Source: an uncultured delta proteobacterium (GTDB taxonomy: Bacteria; Myxococcota_A; Polyangia; Polyangiales; Polyangiaceae). From it: a stretch of 64,000 bases of DNA. Shown here piece after piece: positions 38,873-48,513 of the stretch. Position numbers and translations under genes: made by a program. Numbering within the stretch: the first letter of the stretch is position 1; the number at the start of each line of letters is the position of its first letter. Under the pieces are notes generated by a model. The model had not been told where the DNA came from. It ran no database searches and saw nothing but the letters and a program-made list of their open reading frames with translations. The stretch covers positions 736,001 to 800,000 of the forward strand of contig CAVOKF010000004.1 in the NCBI GenBank assembly GCA_963696385.1, in the 5' to 3' direction.

Positions 38873-40780
38873 GTGGATCCGGGTCGCCATCCCATCCAGG
38901 TCGTCGCCAGCCCCGGGACCGAGGTCGAGCCCGAGCTCGGCGTCCCGCACGACCGCGGGGGCGATCACGACCCGCACGTGCAGCGAGGAGACCTGGTTCG
39001 CATCGGCCTCGTCGCGGCGGCCGTGCTCGTCTCCTGGCTCTTCCCGTGGCGGCCGCTGCTGCGGGTGGACGCCTTGGCCCTGACTGCGACGCTGGTCGGC
39101 GGCTACCCCATCTTCAAAGAGGCTTTCGAGGCTCTTCGAAGGCGCCAGATGACGATGGAGCTGTCGATGACGATTGCTCTTGTCTCGGCACTTGGGATTC
39201 GCGAAGCGTTTACGGCGCTCGTCATCGTCCTCTTCGTGCTCATTGCGGAGGTGCTCGAACACTTGACCGTGGGCCGCGGACGTAGAGCCATCAAGGATCT
39301 GCTCGCCTTCCTCCCGCGGACGGTCGCCGTCCGGCGCGAAGAGGGTGTCTCCGACGTCTCTTCCGACGCCCTGAGCGTGGGCGATGTGGTCGTCATTAAG
39401 CCGGGTGGCAGAGTCCCCGTCGACGGCGTGGTGCAGGCGGGGCACTCGTTCGTGGACCAGGCGGCCATCACGGGGGAGTCGCTTCCGGTCGAGAAAGTGC
39501 CGGGCACCAATGTCTTCGCGGGGACCATGAACCAGTCGGGAACGCTCGACGTGCGCTCGACGGGCATCGGCCAGGACACGACATTCGCAAAGATCGTCGA
39601 AGCGGTCGAAAAGGCGCAGGAGTCGCGAGCGCCCATCCAGAAGACGGCCGATCGGCTTGCCGGGTACTTGGTTTACTTCGCCTTGGGGGCGGCCGCGCTC
39701 ACGTTCATCCTCACACGCGATGCGCGCTCGACCATCTCGGTCATCATCGTGGCCGGGGCGTGCGGCATCGCCGCCGGAACGCCGCTCGCCATTCTCGGCG
39801 CCGTCGGCCGTTCGGCGAGACTTGGGGCGATCGTGAAGGGCGGCATTCACATCGAGGTGCTCGGCCGCGTGGACACAATCGTGCTCGACAAGACCGGTAC
39901 GCTGACGCTCGGCGATCCCCGAGTCGTCGCCATCCATCCCGCGAGCGGAGTCACGGCCGCGCAACTCCTCGAGGCGGCGGCCACGGCCGAGCTGCCCTCC
40001 GAGCACCCGCTGGGCAAAGCCGTTCTCTCCAGGGCGACGGCGGACGGAATCACCCCCGCCGAGCCCGACCATTTCTCGTACACGCCCGGAAAGGGCATCG
40101 TGTGCTCGAAGAACGGTCAATCCATCGTCGTCGGCAACCGCTCCTTGCTCGAACGCGAAGGCGTCGCCCTGCCCGATGTGGACGCCGCTGCGACGGTGCT
40201 CGTCGCAAGAGGGCAACGATTCCTCGGCGCTCTTGAAGTCGCGGACGTGGTGCGACCCGAAGCGGCGGCATCCATTGCGGCCATCCGCCGCATGGGGATG
40301 CGCACGATCTTGCTCACTGGGGATGCGACCTCGATCGCCAAAGAGGTGGGTGCTCGTCTGGGAGTGGACGAGGCGATCGCCGAGCTTCTCCCACAAGACA
40401 AGCTCGATAAAGTGCGCGAGCTACAGAGACTCGGCAAGTGCGTCGCGATGGTGGGCGACGGTATCAACGACGCTCCTGCGCTCGCTCAAGCCGACGTAGG
40501 CATCGCGATGGGATCTGGGACGGACGTGGCTCGAGAGTCAGCCGACGTGGTGCTGCTCGGCAACGATCTTCTCAAGCTCGTCGAGACCCTGCGGATCGCC
40601 CGCCGGTGTCGCGCCATCATCGGGCAGAACTTCGCTGGCACGCTTCTCGTGGATGGCCTCGGTATCGTGCTGGCGGCGATGAGCTTCCTGAACCCTCTGC
40701 TCGCCGCATTCATCCACGTGTCGTCCGAGCTGCTCTTCATCTTGAACTCGACGCGCCTGCTCCCGGCGCGAGGTCGCTAA
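38873..40780 (+). CDS. Heavy-metal P1B-type ATPase with atypical TM motif
   Basis: TGES, DKTGTLT, SEHP, GDGINDAP; GAC instead of CPC; HVSSE in the last TM. Confidence 0.92.
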   Translation: MDPGRHPIQVVASPGTEVEPELGVPHDRGGDHDPHVQRGDLVRIGLVAAAVLVSWLFPWRPLLRVDALALTATLVGGYPIFKEAFEALRRRQMTMELSMTIALVSALGIREAFTALVIVLFVLIAEVLEHLTVGRGRRAIKDLLAFLPRTVAVRREEGVSDVSSDALSVGDVVVIKPGGRVPVDGVVQAGHSFVDQAAITGESLPVEKVPGTNVFAGTMNQSGTLDVRSTGIGQDTTFAKIVEAVEKAQESRAPIQKTADRLAGYLVYFALGAAALTFILTRDARSTISVIIVAGACGIAAGTPLAILGAVGRSARLGAIVKGGIHIEVLGRVDTIVLDKTGTLTLGDPRVVAIHPASGVTAAQLLEAAATAELPSEHPLGKAVLSRATADGITPAEPDHFSYTPGKGIVCSKNGQSIVVGNRSLLEREGVALPDVDAAATVLVARGQRFLGALEVADVVRPEAAASIAAIRRMGMRTILLTGDATSIAKEVGARLGVDEAIAELLPQDKLDKVRELQRLGKCVAMVGDGINDAPALAQADVGIAMGSGTDVARESADVVLLGNDLLKLVETLRIARRCRAIIGQNFAGTLLVDGLGIVLAAMSFLNPLLAAFIHVSSELLFILNSTRLLPARGR

Positions 40781-40843
40781 GTACACCGCCGCAGAACAAG
40801 GGGATCAGCCGGGCAGTGTACTTCAATCGCCGTGAGGCGATTG
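40779..40843. repeat. Two adjacent inverted repeats after the ATPase stop
   Basis: AAGTACACCGCC (40779-90) with GGCAGTGTACTT (40812-23), 11/12 complementary; CAATCGCC-GTGA-GGCGATTG (40824-43) is a perfect hairpin. Confidence 0.65.
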
Positions 40844-41068
40844 GGGGGTTGGGGCAACTCCGGCGTGCCCACGTTCATCGGACCGTAGGCGAATCGTCCA
40901 GGCAAAACGCCGGAATCGCCAGTCGGCGGGGCGGCGAATCGCCCGCTCAGCCGGCGACTACCTCGACGTGCTGTGGTTCCCGTTCTGTGCCGCGATCAAC
41001 CGCAGTGCATCCCGACGTCCGGGTGCGTGCGGCGACTGCCTGGGCCCGAACCCCAGCCGGCGTCGCTT

Positions 41069-41650
41069 TCAAGGCAGCGGCACGAGCCCGATGAACGAAG
41101 CCGATGATGCCGAGACGCTTGACCCGGTCGGCGTGAGCACCCCCGTGGTCACATCGAAACGGAACGTCACGACGGTGCCGCTGCCCTCGTTGGCCGCGTA
41201 GAGGAAGCTTCCCGTTGCATCGAGTGCAAAGTCGCGCGGGGTGGTGCCCCCTGTCGGGGTGAATGTCGGCGTGCCCATGCGACCGGCTGGGTCGAGGGGG
41301 TAGATGACGATGTCGTCGTCGCCCCGGTTCGACCCAAAAAGCCACTGTCCGGACGGATGCACGTGAACTTCGGCGGCAGTGTTCGTGACGGTCGCACCCG
41401 CCGGCCGAGTGGACACGGTCTGAAGGATCGACAGCGTTCCGGCGACAGTGTCGAAGGCCAGTTCGCTCATGGTGCTGTCGGTCTCGTCGATGAGGCACGC
41501 GATCGTGCCGTTCGGGTGAAACGCGAAATGGCGGGGCCCGGCGCCTACGGCGGTGGCCATGGTGGGCACGGCGTTGGGTGTGAGCTGGCCCGTCATTGCG
41601 TCGAACGTGAACTGCGCCACGAAACGGATCGGGCAGGATCACGTGAGTCA
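41069..41650 (-). pseudogene. Truncated lactonase (6-phosphogluconolactonase/cycloisomerase-2 beta-propeller)
   Basis: GAGPRHFAFHPNG, VHPSGQWLFGSNRG, TPRDFALD, LYAANE; N-terminal half missing; the upstream THVILPDP motif is in another frame and in-frame stops lie just upstream. Confidence 0.75.
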
Positions 41651-41787
41651 GGGCTCCGGGTTCGCGAGACAATGAATCCACGACGCATCGATCGACGGTT
41701 ATCACGACGGTGCCGCAACCTCACGCCCCCGCGTCCGCCACACGGCTGGTACACGTATAGGATGGCGGAATCGTCTCCGAGGCGGCG

Positions 41788-41919
41788 CCATCACGACCTC
41801 CTTCTGGCCTCGATATCCAGCTCGGAGTAGGCAATCGCGTCGCCGCCGAATATGACGAGCAAGGTGCTGGCGACGACGATTGCGCGGAATCGGAGCGCGA
41901 AGGCGACGACTCGTTGACT
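41788..41919 (-). pseudogene. czcA 5' remnant fused to the RBS/start of the PII-like gene
   Basis: 41919-41806 translates SQRVVAFALRFRAIVVASTLLVIFGGDAIAYSELDIEA (N-terminus of copies 1 and 3, ATG lost); 41803-41788 reads AAGGAGGTCGTGATGG, identical to the PII start at 26826-26811. Confidence 0.85.
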
Positions 41920-42067
41920 CCCCCGGCAACTCTGCGTCCGATCCGCGCCGCCGTGCGTGATATCGACATTAACCGGTTGATATGACGGTTTCGTAACTGC
42001 ATTAAGCTTTTGATAGGATGTTGTTCGACTGGCGCACCTTGTTTTATTGCATACGTGTCATGTCGTT

Positions 42068-42083
42068 TGGTGCGCAACTTGCT
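42068..42083 (+). promoter_or_regulatory. Sigma54 promoter of the fossil module
   Basis: TGGTGCGCAACTTGCT, ending 132 nt before GTG 42215. Confidence 0.65.
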
Positions 42084-42214
42084 GCTTGCGATGGGTCGTG
42101 CGCTCAACAGGCCAAAGTGACGGGATCGATCTCGGTTCGACGGGGCAGGGCGCCCCCCCCGCGGAGGCGCCCATGTTGCGCTCTGTCGCAGCGAGCCCGA
42201 ATCGCAGGTTCGTC

Positions 42215-42236
42215 GTGAGGGCGCTGGTCCTCGAGG
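42215..42236 (+). pseudogene. Response-regulator 5' remnant
   Basis: GTGAGGGCGCTGGTCCTCGAGG (VRALVLE) versus VRVLILE and VKVLVLE of the intact copies, at the equivalent position. Confidence 0.6.
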
Positions 42237-42711
42237 TCGCGTACCCCCAGATCGACCCGCGAATGGCATCCGACGCATAACGGCGGGCTCATACCCGCGT
42301 CCGTGACTCCGTATGCCAAGCGAACGGTATGGTGGCCGTGCGCCAGTGGTCACGAGTGGCGCATGCGCGTCCATACGCGGACGCGGAGACGCAGCTCGTG
42401 TCCGGTCTGTTCCGGCAAGACTTGAATGCGGCAGCCGCGGGCGTGGCTTCGGCTGCACCGAGCCTCCGTTCCCCCGTCGGGCCCGATTCGGGCAGCCGGG
42501 GACCCCACCGGGCCGGCCGTGTAGTCTGCTGTAGCAGGGCGGGGACCAGCGGCAACAAAGTTGCAGCAGGACGTGGCAAATCGAGCCCGCGCAAGGGGTT
42601 CGGGTCGTTTCACGACAGCGTGCGTAGCGTCGCTCGGCCGACTTGCCGGGGGACACGGTGGGCGAACCCGGTTTGATCCTCGCGCGCTCGGTGATATCCC
42701 TCACGCGACCG

Positions 42712-43137
42712 GTGAGCGAAGTGGAGCGACGCCCCCCGCCGAAGGACACGAATCGAGACGGCCTTCGCGCGACGTGCGGCCCCGACGAGCACTCGCGACG
42801 CGACGGCACCCGGGTGCCCCTCTCGGACGAAGCGTTCTGGCGCGCCGCATCCTTCTTTCGCACCCTGGGCGACGTCGCGCGATTGAAACTGCTCGATCGC
42901 CTCGCCGAGGGCGAGTGGTGCGTGACCGAGCTCGCCGAAGCAGCCGACGTCGGCCTGTCGACCGTCTCGCAGCAGCTGCGCGCGCTTCGCGCGGAGCACC
43001 TCGTCGTGCGCCGGCGGACGGGCAAGCACATCTACTATTCGCTCGCCGATCGGCATGTGCTCGAGCTGGTCGCGAACGCGCTCGCACACGCCGTCGAAGA
43101 TCGCACCGAGGCGGACGAGGACGACGAGACCGAGTGA
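42712..43137 (+). CDS. ArsR/SmtB-family metal-sensing repressor
   Basis: FRTLGD..RL, WCVTELA, STVSQQLR.LR, YYSL; alpha5 site DRH-x10-H-x2-E as in SmtB/CzrA; start uncertain. Confidence 0.92.
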   Translation: MSEVERRPPPKDTNRDGLRATCGPDEHSRRDGTRVPLSDEAFWRAASFFRTLGDVARLKLLDRLAEGEWCVTELAEAADVGLSTVSQQLRALRAEHLVVRRRTGKHIYYSLADRHVLELVANALAHAVEDRTEADEDDETE

Positions 43138-43205
43138 AAGGCAGGCGCGGCCCGAAGCGGCTGCCCTTGCCGCCCGCCGACGCCAAAAGCTAAATCGGGA
43201 CTCGT

Positions 43206-44723
43206 TCAGGATCCTCCGGCGGGCGCCGGGTACTGCCGGTCGATGAAGCAGAGACCCTGGGAGTTGAGATGGCCCTGCGTCGACTGCGTATAGCGGATAT
43301 AGTCGTAGTAGTCTCGAATCGCCGGACAGTTGTCGAGCGTGTAGTCCTGATTGAGCGCGCCGGTGCATGTTCCGTTCGGGTCGATCGGCACACTGAGCGT
43401 GCTGAAGAACATCTGACCGTTGCCCGGCGGCGTATAGTACGGTCCGACGCAGTTGCGCCAGGGCAGTGGCGTTCCGGTGCTGTCGTACCAGGGATGGAAG
43501 CGGACGCTCACGAAGTCCTCCGTGTTGACGGGAACGAACCCGCCGTCCGCGCTTCCCTTACCAACGTATTGCGCCGCGATGTTGTCCCAGTGGACGGGTG
43601 TATCCTCCTCGAAGCTCTCCCAGAAAGGGTGATCCATGTGGACGGTCACCTGCGTGATCTCCGACTGGCTGGCGGACGCGAAGACTCCTCGCGCGTAGTC
43701 CTCGCCCGGCAAAGGGGTCCCGCCGCCGGTCATGTTCTGGCAGTTGACGTAATTGGTCGGCGTGGGGAATCCGAGCGTGAACGAAAACTGCAGGTTGTCG
43801 ATCTGCGAGAAGTCGTAGCCACCGTCCCGGTAGGTTGCCACCTCGGCGTCGCCCTCCTGAATGTCGCCAGCGTCCTCGCCCTCGCCCGCATTCGTTTGGA
43901 CGCAAGTGTACGGGTTGGACGGGCTGTTCCCCTCCCAGACCGCCGTGCCCCGGTAGAAGACCGAGTACCCCTTTTGCACCATGAGCGCAAAGTCGGCGGC
44001 CTCGCTCTCGTCGAGGTTCACGTTGTAGGCGTCGTACGTCGCCTGCACCGTGCTGAAGCCAAATGCGAAACGGGTGCCGTCCGTGGGAAACGCTGCGTTT
44101 CCCAGGTCATTCTGGGTCGTGATGACGCCGAGGGGTGTCGCCAGCTCGGGATAACCGCCCTGGCCGACGATTTTGCCGCCCTTGTGCAGGTCGACGACGA
44201 ACGGACCGTCGAGATGGGCGACCTGCGACCCATGTTCCTCTTGGTTGGTCGTGCTCTCGTCGGGGTTCTGCCAGAGCGTGACCTTGTCGACCACGACGAT
44301 GTACTCGAGAATCTGGAACTGCCACCCGTCCGGCATGTAGGTGTCGTTCACGAAGTTGTCGGGCGGGAATGGGTACCCCGTGAGCGCGTTCGATTCGCCG
44401 GAGATCGTGACGTAGAAGGCGCCGGGTCCCGGATCGGTCGGGTATTGGAAGCACTGGAGAGTCGCACCGCCGTCACCGAGGATGTTGGAACCCTGGCAAT
44501 TCGTGGAGACGCTGCCGTCTCCCGGGCTCCCGCCGTCGACCGCAGTGCCCGCTTCAGGAACCACAGCGCTAGCTTCAGGAGTGGTATTGACGCCGGAGTC
44601 GACGAACGGGTTCGTCCCGTTTGCGCCGGTGCTGCTCGAGCAGGCAGTGACCGCAAGCCCCGCCGACAAGACGAACCCACTGCAGAGTGCGAGCCCCGCG
44701 ATCGCAATGCGCCTTTTGTACAT
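43206..44723 (-). CDS. Uncharacterised acidic lipoprotein, third gene of the TonB-receptor operon
   Basis: AGGAG RBS, lipobox VTAC; TISGE, DGW, HMDHPFW, HWD, GHLN motifs. Confidence 0.8.
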   Translation of the reverse strand: MYKRRIAIAGLALCSGFVLSAGLAVTACSSSTGANGTNPFVDSGVNTTPEASAVVPEAGTAVDGGSPGDGSVSTNCQGSNILGDGGATLQCFQYPTDPGPGAFYVTISGESNALTGYPFPPDNFVNDTYMPDGWQFQILEYIVVVDKVTLWQNPDESTTNQEEHGSQVAHLDGPFVVDLHKGGKIVGQGGYPELATPLGVITTQNDLGNAAFPTDGTRFAFGFSTVQATYDAYNVNLDESEAADFALMVQKGYSVFYRGTAVWEGNSPSNPYTCVQTNAGEGEDAGDIQEGDAEVATYRDGGYDFSQIDNLQFSFTLGFPTPTNYVNCQNMTGGGTPLPGEDYARGVFASASQSEITQVTVHMDHPFWESFEEDTPVHWDNIAAQYVGKGSADGGFVPVNTEDFVSVRFHPWYDSTGTPLPWRNCVGPYYTPPGNGQMFFSTLSVPIDPNGTCTGALNQDYTLDNCPAIRDYYDYIRYTQSTQGHLNSQGLCFIDRQYPAPAGGS

Positions 44724-44758
44724 GGAGGACTCCTGAAACGTAAGGGGAAACGACCTCA

Positions 44759-45775
44759 TCAAAATGGATCTTGCATGTAGCTCACGGAAAAGGATGCGCC
44801 CGAGATGATCTCGGTGAAGAAGTCGAGCCCGGAGGTGGCGCCCGGAACGGTGCCCGAGAGCAGACTGCTGTTGGGTATGCAGTAGGTCGGACCGCAGAAG
44901 CCCGAACTGCACGTGAGCGCGTCGAGGCAACCCGAGGGTCCGACCCCGGCGGGCATGCCGGCGTCCGCGCCGCAGCACGGCTGCGCGCTCCCGCCGCACG
45001 TTTGCGCGGCCGGCGGAGGCGTCTCCGGCGTCAGCGCATAGTTCTGTGGTCCGTAGAACACGGAGAAATCAGGATTGCAGTTCGGATCGGTGACGACCGG
45101 CAGCTGCCCTGGCGAAAAATCGATGAAGGTCGACTGTTGCTGAAACCAGACGCGCGGGTCGACCGTGATGGAGAGGGTCCCTCCCGGGAAGAATGTCACG
45201 TTCGTCGGGATCTGGACGATGCGCTCCTTGCAGAGTGGATTGAGCCCGGGCTGTGCCGGATCGGTGCTGTTGCTCAGCCGATTGGACGAGTTGATCGTGA
45301 CGACCGCCCCGAAGGAGACGACGTCGCCGCTCGCGTTCGTTGCGGTACCCTCGAGCTGAACGATCGGCGTGAAGTTCACCTCGTTCACGTCGCCGTCGGT
45401 GAGCCAGACGTCCCAACTGAGTGCTGTGTCGGCAGTAGCGTCGCCGTAAACGGTGAACTCCTGTGGCTTGCTCGACAGCAGGTCCAGCGTGACGGGCCCG
45501 GAAACTTGCGCGGCGTAGATTCCGGACGCGATGCAGACGGGGCCGTCGAAGCCGGTGCCCGGCGGCGACTCGTCGAAGTAGACGGCGCCGATGTACATCT
45601 TCGCCGCAATCAGCTGGATCGTGAAATTGCCGGCTTGGAATGGCTCCGCGGCGCCCGCGGCGCCTTGTGCATAGGCAGAGAAGGTGAGAAGCGTATCCCC
45701 CGTCGTGCCGTTGCACGAGGCGGTGACCGCACCGAGGAGTGCGCCCAAGGCCAGAACCGGAAGGACTCGGCGCAT
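44759..45775 (-). CDS. Uncharacterised lipoprotein, second gene of the TonB-receptor operon
   Basis: Start overlaps the receptor stop; lipobox TASC; beta-rich domain then Cys-rich C-terminus. Confidence 0.8.
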   Translation of the reverse strand: MRRVLPVLALGALLGAVTASCNGTTGDTLLTFSAYAQGAAGAAEPFQAGNFTIQLIAAKMYIGAVYFDESPPGTGFDGPVCIASGIYAAQVSGPVTLDLLSSKPQEFTVYGDATADTALSWDVWLTDGDVNEVNFTPIVQLEGTATNASGDVVSFGAVVTINSSNRLSNSTDPAQPGLNPLCKERIVQIPTNVTFFPGGTLSITVDPRVWFQQQSTFIDFSPGQLPVVTDPNCNPDFSVFYGPQNYALTPETPPPAAQTCGGSAQPCCGADAGMPAGVGPSGCLDALTCSSGFCGPTYCIPNSSLLSGTVPGATSGLDFFTEIISGASFSVSYMQDPF

Positions 45776-48513
45776 CACGAACCTCCCAGCGTGGCCGAGA
45801 GCGTCAGCATGACCATGCGCGGCGCCCCCGCTGTGAACAATCTCTCGGGGGCGAGCGTCGGCTCCGGGAGAAGCTTCTGGAAGTTCGACGCGTAGTTGTA
45901 CTCGCCGAGCCGGTACTTCGAGTCGAAGAGGTTCTGCGCCGAGAGTCGTAGATTCCAAAGGGTCCACCCGAGCCCGACCGACGCGTCGGAGATGGCGATG
46001 ATGTCGCTCACCTGCCCGTAGGGCAGCGGTCGCCGCCCGACGTAACTGACGCCGTAGCCGAGGGTGGCGCGAATCGGCTGGTGGGCGAGCTGCCAGGGCA
46101 GGCTGCTAAACACTGCTGCGTCAGCACGGAGGACGAGATCCGGCACGTATGGAACAAGAAGGCCGCAGTACGGCGAGCACTGTCCGGTCGTGTCGAAGAG
46201 GGCCCGCACGAGCGTCGCGTTCGCGGCGATGTCGAAAAAACTGCCCAGGGCGCGAACGGCGCCCGACCAGCCCGTCCGCGTCGAGCCGCTCGAGAGCGTG
46301 TTGCGCCCCTGGGTCGGGTCGAAGATGAGGTCCTCGCCGACGTGCGTCTGGAAGAACTCGCTCTTGACCGAGATCTCGGTCGCCCAGCTGCCGGTCTCGC
46401 CCCAGAAGAAATGACGCGTGACGGGGTCGCCAACTTCGCCGTTGTAACTGACCCCCAGGTCGCGCGACTGGACCGTGACGAACGGCGTGCCGATGCCCTG
46501 GCTGATGTAGCCCGGGTCGACCGAGCGGACGCCGTTGCCCTCGCTCGCCGTGAACGTGACATGTTCGATGGGCCCCACAGTGAGGGTCCCTCGCGGCATG
46601 ATGTCGGCGCTGGCTGTTGACGTCCGCAGAAACGGCTCGACGTAGTTGCCGTGTTCGAGTTGGCTGAGACACGACACGTTGATTTGCGCCGCAGCCGTCG
46701 CCTCCGACGGGTCGTCGACGCTCTGGTTGGCGCAGTTGTTGAGGACATCGAACAGGAAGGTGTCGGCACGCACGCCACCTCGTAGCGAGAGCCAGGGCAG
46801 AAAGTGAACGTTCCCGTCGAGGTAGACGCCTACGTCGCCGAGGACCGACTGCAAGTCGGCGTCGATGAGGTACGGCTGATTGTTGCCCGCGGCGATTCTG
46901 TCCTGGGTGGAGTGCGTCGAATCGATGCGCGCGAAGTATCCGCCCTCGAACTCCTGCGGCAGGCCGAACGCTTTGCCATCCCATCGCGCGAAGCCGCGCG
47001 CTCCGAAGGTGATCTCGTCAAAGTGGAAGTCGATGAGGTCGCCGCGCTGATCGTGCGGCTCCTGCGTCGGCTCCTGGACGTCGAGCAGGAAGCCCGTCCA
47101 GTTCTCGCGCAGACGCATCGAGCGGTAGATGGTGAAGAGCTGCTGGGACACCTCGATGTCCTTGTACCGCCCTTCGTACGTCATCGAGAGCGAGGCCCGC
47201 GTCGAGGTATTTCCGGTCTGGTTCGGGTCCTCAGTCCCGTAGAAGCCGACCCTCCCCGCCTGGTAGTCGTCTTCGCGGACGACCCCCGCGTTGTTGTACT
47301 CGGTCGCGTAGGCCGTGGCGCTGACACGCAGCGTTCCGCTGCGACCGAGCGGCGCCTCCCACTGCCCGATTGCCGTCCCCCTCTTGGCCTGCCGATTCGT
47401 ACCGAACCCGTTCGTCGTGTAGAACTCCGCACCTGCGAACGTCCCCGCGGGCGCGTCGGCAGGGCCGTACAGTACGAGCATGCGCTGCGTGTTGAAGGCG
47501 CCGACGCTGTACTGCGCCGTCAGCCCGCGACGGTCGAGCCCCAGCTGGTAGTCGGCGCTGCCGGCCACGGCGAAGTCGCCCTGCTGGGGCGCGTAGGGTC
47601 CCTCGAGCACGCGGACCGAATGAATGAGCTCCGGGATGATGAAGTGCGTGTCGGCGTAGCCATTGCCGTGGTAGTTGCCCGCATCGTTGATCGGGACCCC
47701 ATCCACGCTGAACTCGATGTCCTGCCCCTCGTGCGCGTCGAAGCCGCGCAGAAACACCTGCTCGGCGTGGCCCGAGCCGCCTTCGTTCGTGAGGAGGAAG
47801 CCGGGGGCGAGTTTGAGGGCGTCGGATGCGTTCGTCCGCGGGATGGCCTGAAGCTCCCCGATGGTTACGTCGTAGTCGGCGACCCCCAAGTTGCGCCGCA
47901 CGATCCGCCCGCGCACCTCGACCTCACTGACGTTCTGACCCTGCGCCGAGGCGGCTGCTGCGGTCGGCGGCGCAGAGCCCGATCCCGACGACGCAGCCGA
48001 ACTCGTCCCCGTGGAGGGTGTGGAAGTCGCCGCCGACGTCGGAGCAGCACCCGCTGCGGGCACTGCCGGCCGCGAGGGAAGCTGATCGACCGGAGAAGCC
48101 GGCTCAACGAGCTCCGGCGGAGGTGCTGGCGGTGCAAAGTGAAACGGCATCTTGATTCGGCTTGCGACCGGCTTGCCGTCGCGCATGGCCGGAACGAAGG
48201 TCCACTCTTGCGCCGCGACGATGGCCGCTTCGTCCAGGTCGTCGCCCCCGGACTTGGACACGGCCACCTGCGATACGTGACCATCCGTGTCGACGGTGAC
48301 CGTGAGGATGACGTCGGCGTGCTTGCGCTCCTTGAGCGCCGATGGGGGATAGATGGGATCGACGTGGTGAACGACCGAAGGCGGCGTGACGCCGGCGGCC
48401 GACGGCGCTGCCCCCTCAGCACGCGCCGGCTGGACAATGAGGGTTGTCGACGCCGCTGCTCCGCTCGCCAGGGCGGTCAGCAAGACTCGGCGGACGAGAT
48501 CCTGATGGCCCAT
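45775..48513 (-). CDS. TonB-C-terminal-domain-fused TonB-dependent receptor
   Basis: P.YP..A...TVDTDGHV..., W.F.PA..DGKPV TonB_C; plug GGSGHAEQVFLRGFDA.EGQD, HGNGYAD; QNLFD; start 48513 or 48576. Confidence 0.92.
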   Translation of the reverse strand: MGHQDLVRRVLLTALASGAAASTTLIVQPARAEGAAPSAAGVTPPSVVHHVDPIYPPSALKERKHADVILTVTVDTDGHVSQVAVSKSGGDDLDEAAIVAAQEWTFVPAMRDGKPVASRIKMPFHFAPPAPPPELVEPASPVDQLPSRPAVPAAGAAPTSAATSTPSTGTSSAASSGSGSAPPTAAAASAQGQNVSEVEVRGRIVRRNLGVADYDVTIGELQAIPRTNASDALKLAPGFLLTNEGGSGHAEQVFLRGFDAHEGQDIEFSVDGVPINDAGNYHGNGYADTHFIIPELIHSVRVLEGPYAPQQGDFAVAGSADYQLGLDRRGLTAQYSVGAFNTQRMLVLYGPADAPAGTFAGAEFYTTNGFGTNRQAKRGTAIGQWEAPLGRSGTLRVSATAYATEYNNAGVVREDDYQAGRVGFYGTEDPNQTGNTSTRASLSMTYEGRYKDIEVSQQLFTIYRSMRLRENWTGFLLDVQEPTQEPHDQRGDLIDFHFDEITFGARGFARWDGKAFGLPQEFEGGYFARIDSTHSTQDRIAAGNNQPYLIDADLQSVLGDVGVYLDGNVHFLPWLSLRGGVRADTFLFDVLNNCANQSVDDPSEATAAAQINVSCLSQLEHGNYVEPFLRTSTASADIMPRGTLTVGPIEHVTFTASEGNGVRSVDPGYISQGIGTPFVTVQSRDLGVSYNGEVGDPVTRHFFWGETGSWATEISVKSEFFQTHVGEDLIFDPTQGRNTLSSGSTRTGWSGAVRALGSFFDIAANATLVRALFDTTGQCSPYCGLLVPYVPDLVLRADAAVFSSLPWQLAHQPIRATLGYGVSYVGRRPLPYGQVSDIIAISDASVGLGWTLWNLRLSAQNLFDSKYRLGEYNYASNFQKLLPEPTLAPERLFTAGAPRMVMLTLSATLGGS

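Noticed and set aside
41702..41787. Possible remnant of the PII C-terminus (AILYVYQ versus IIAYVHD)
   Set aside because: Similarity too weak to support.
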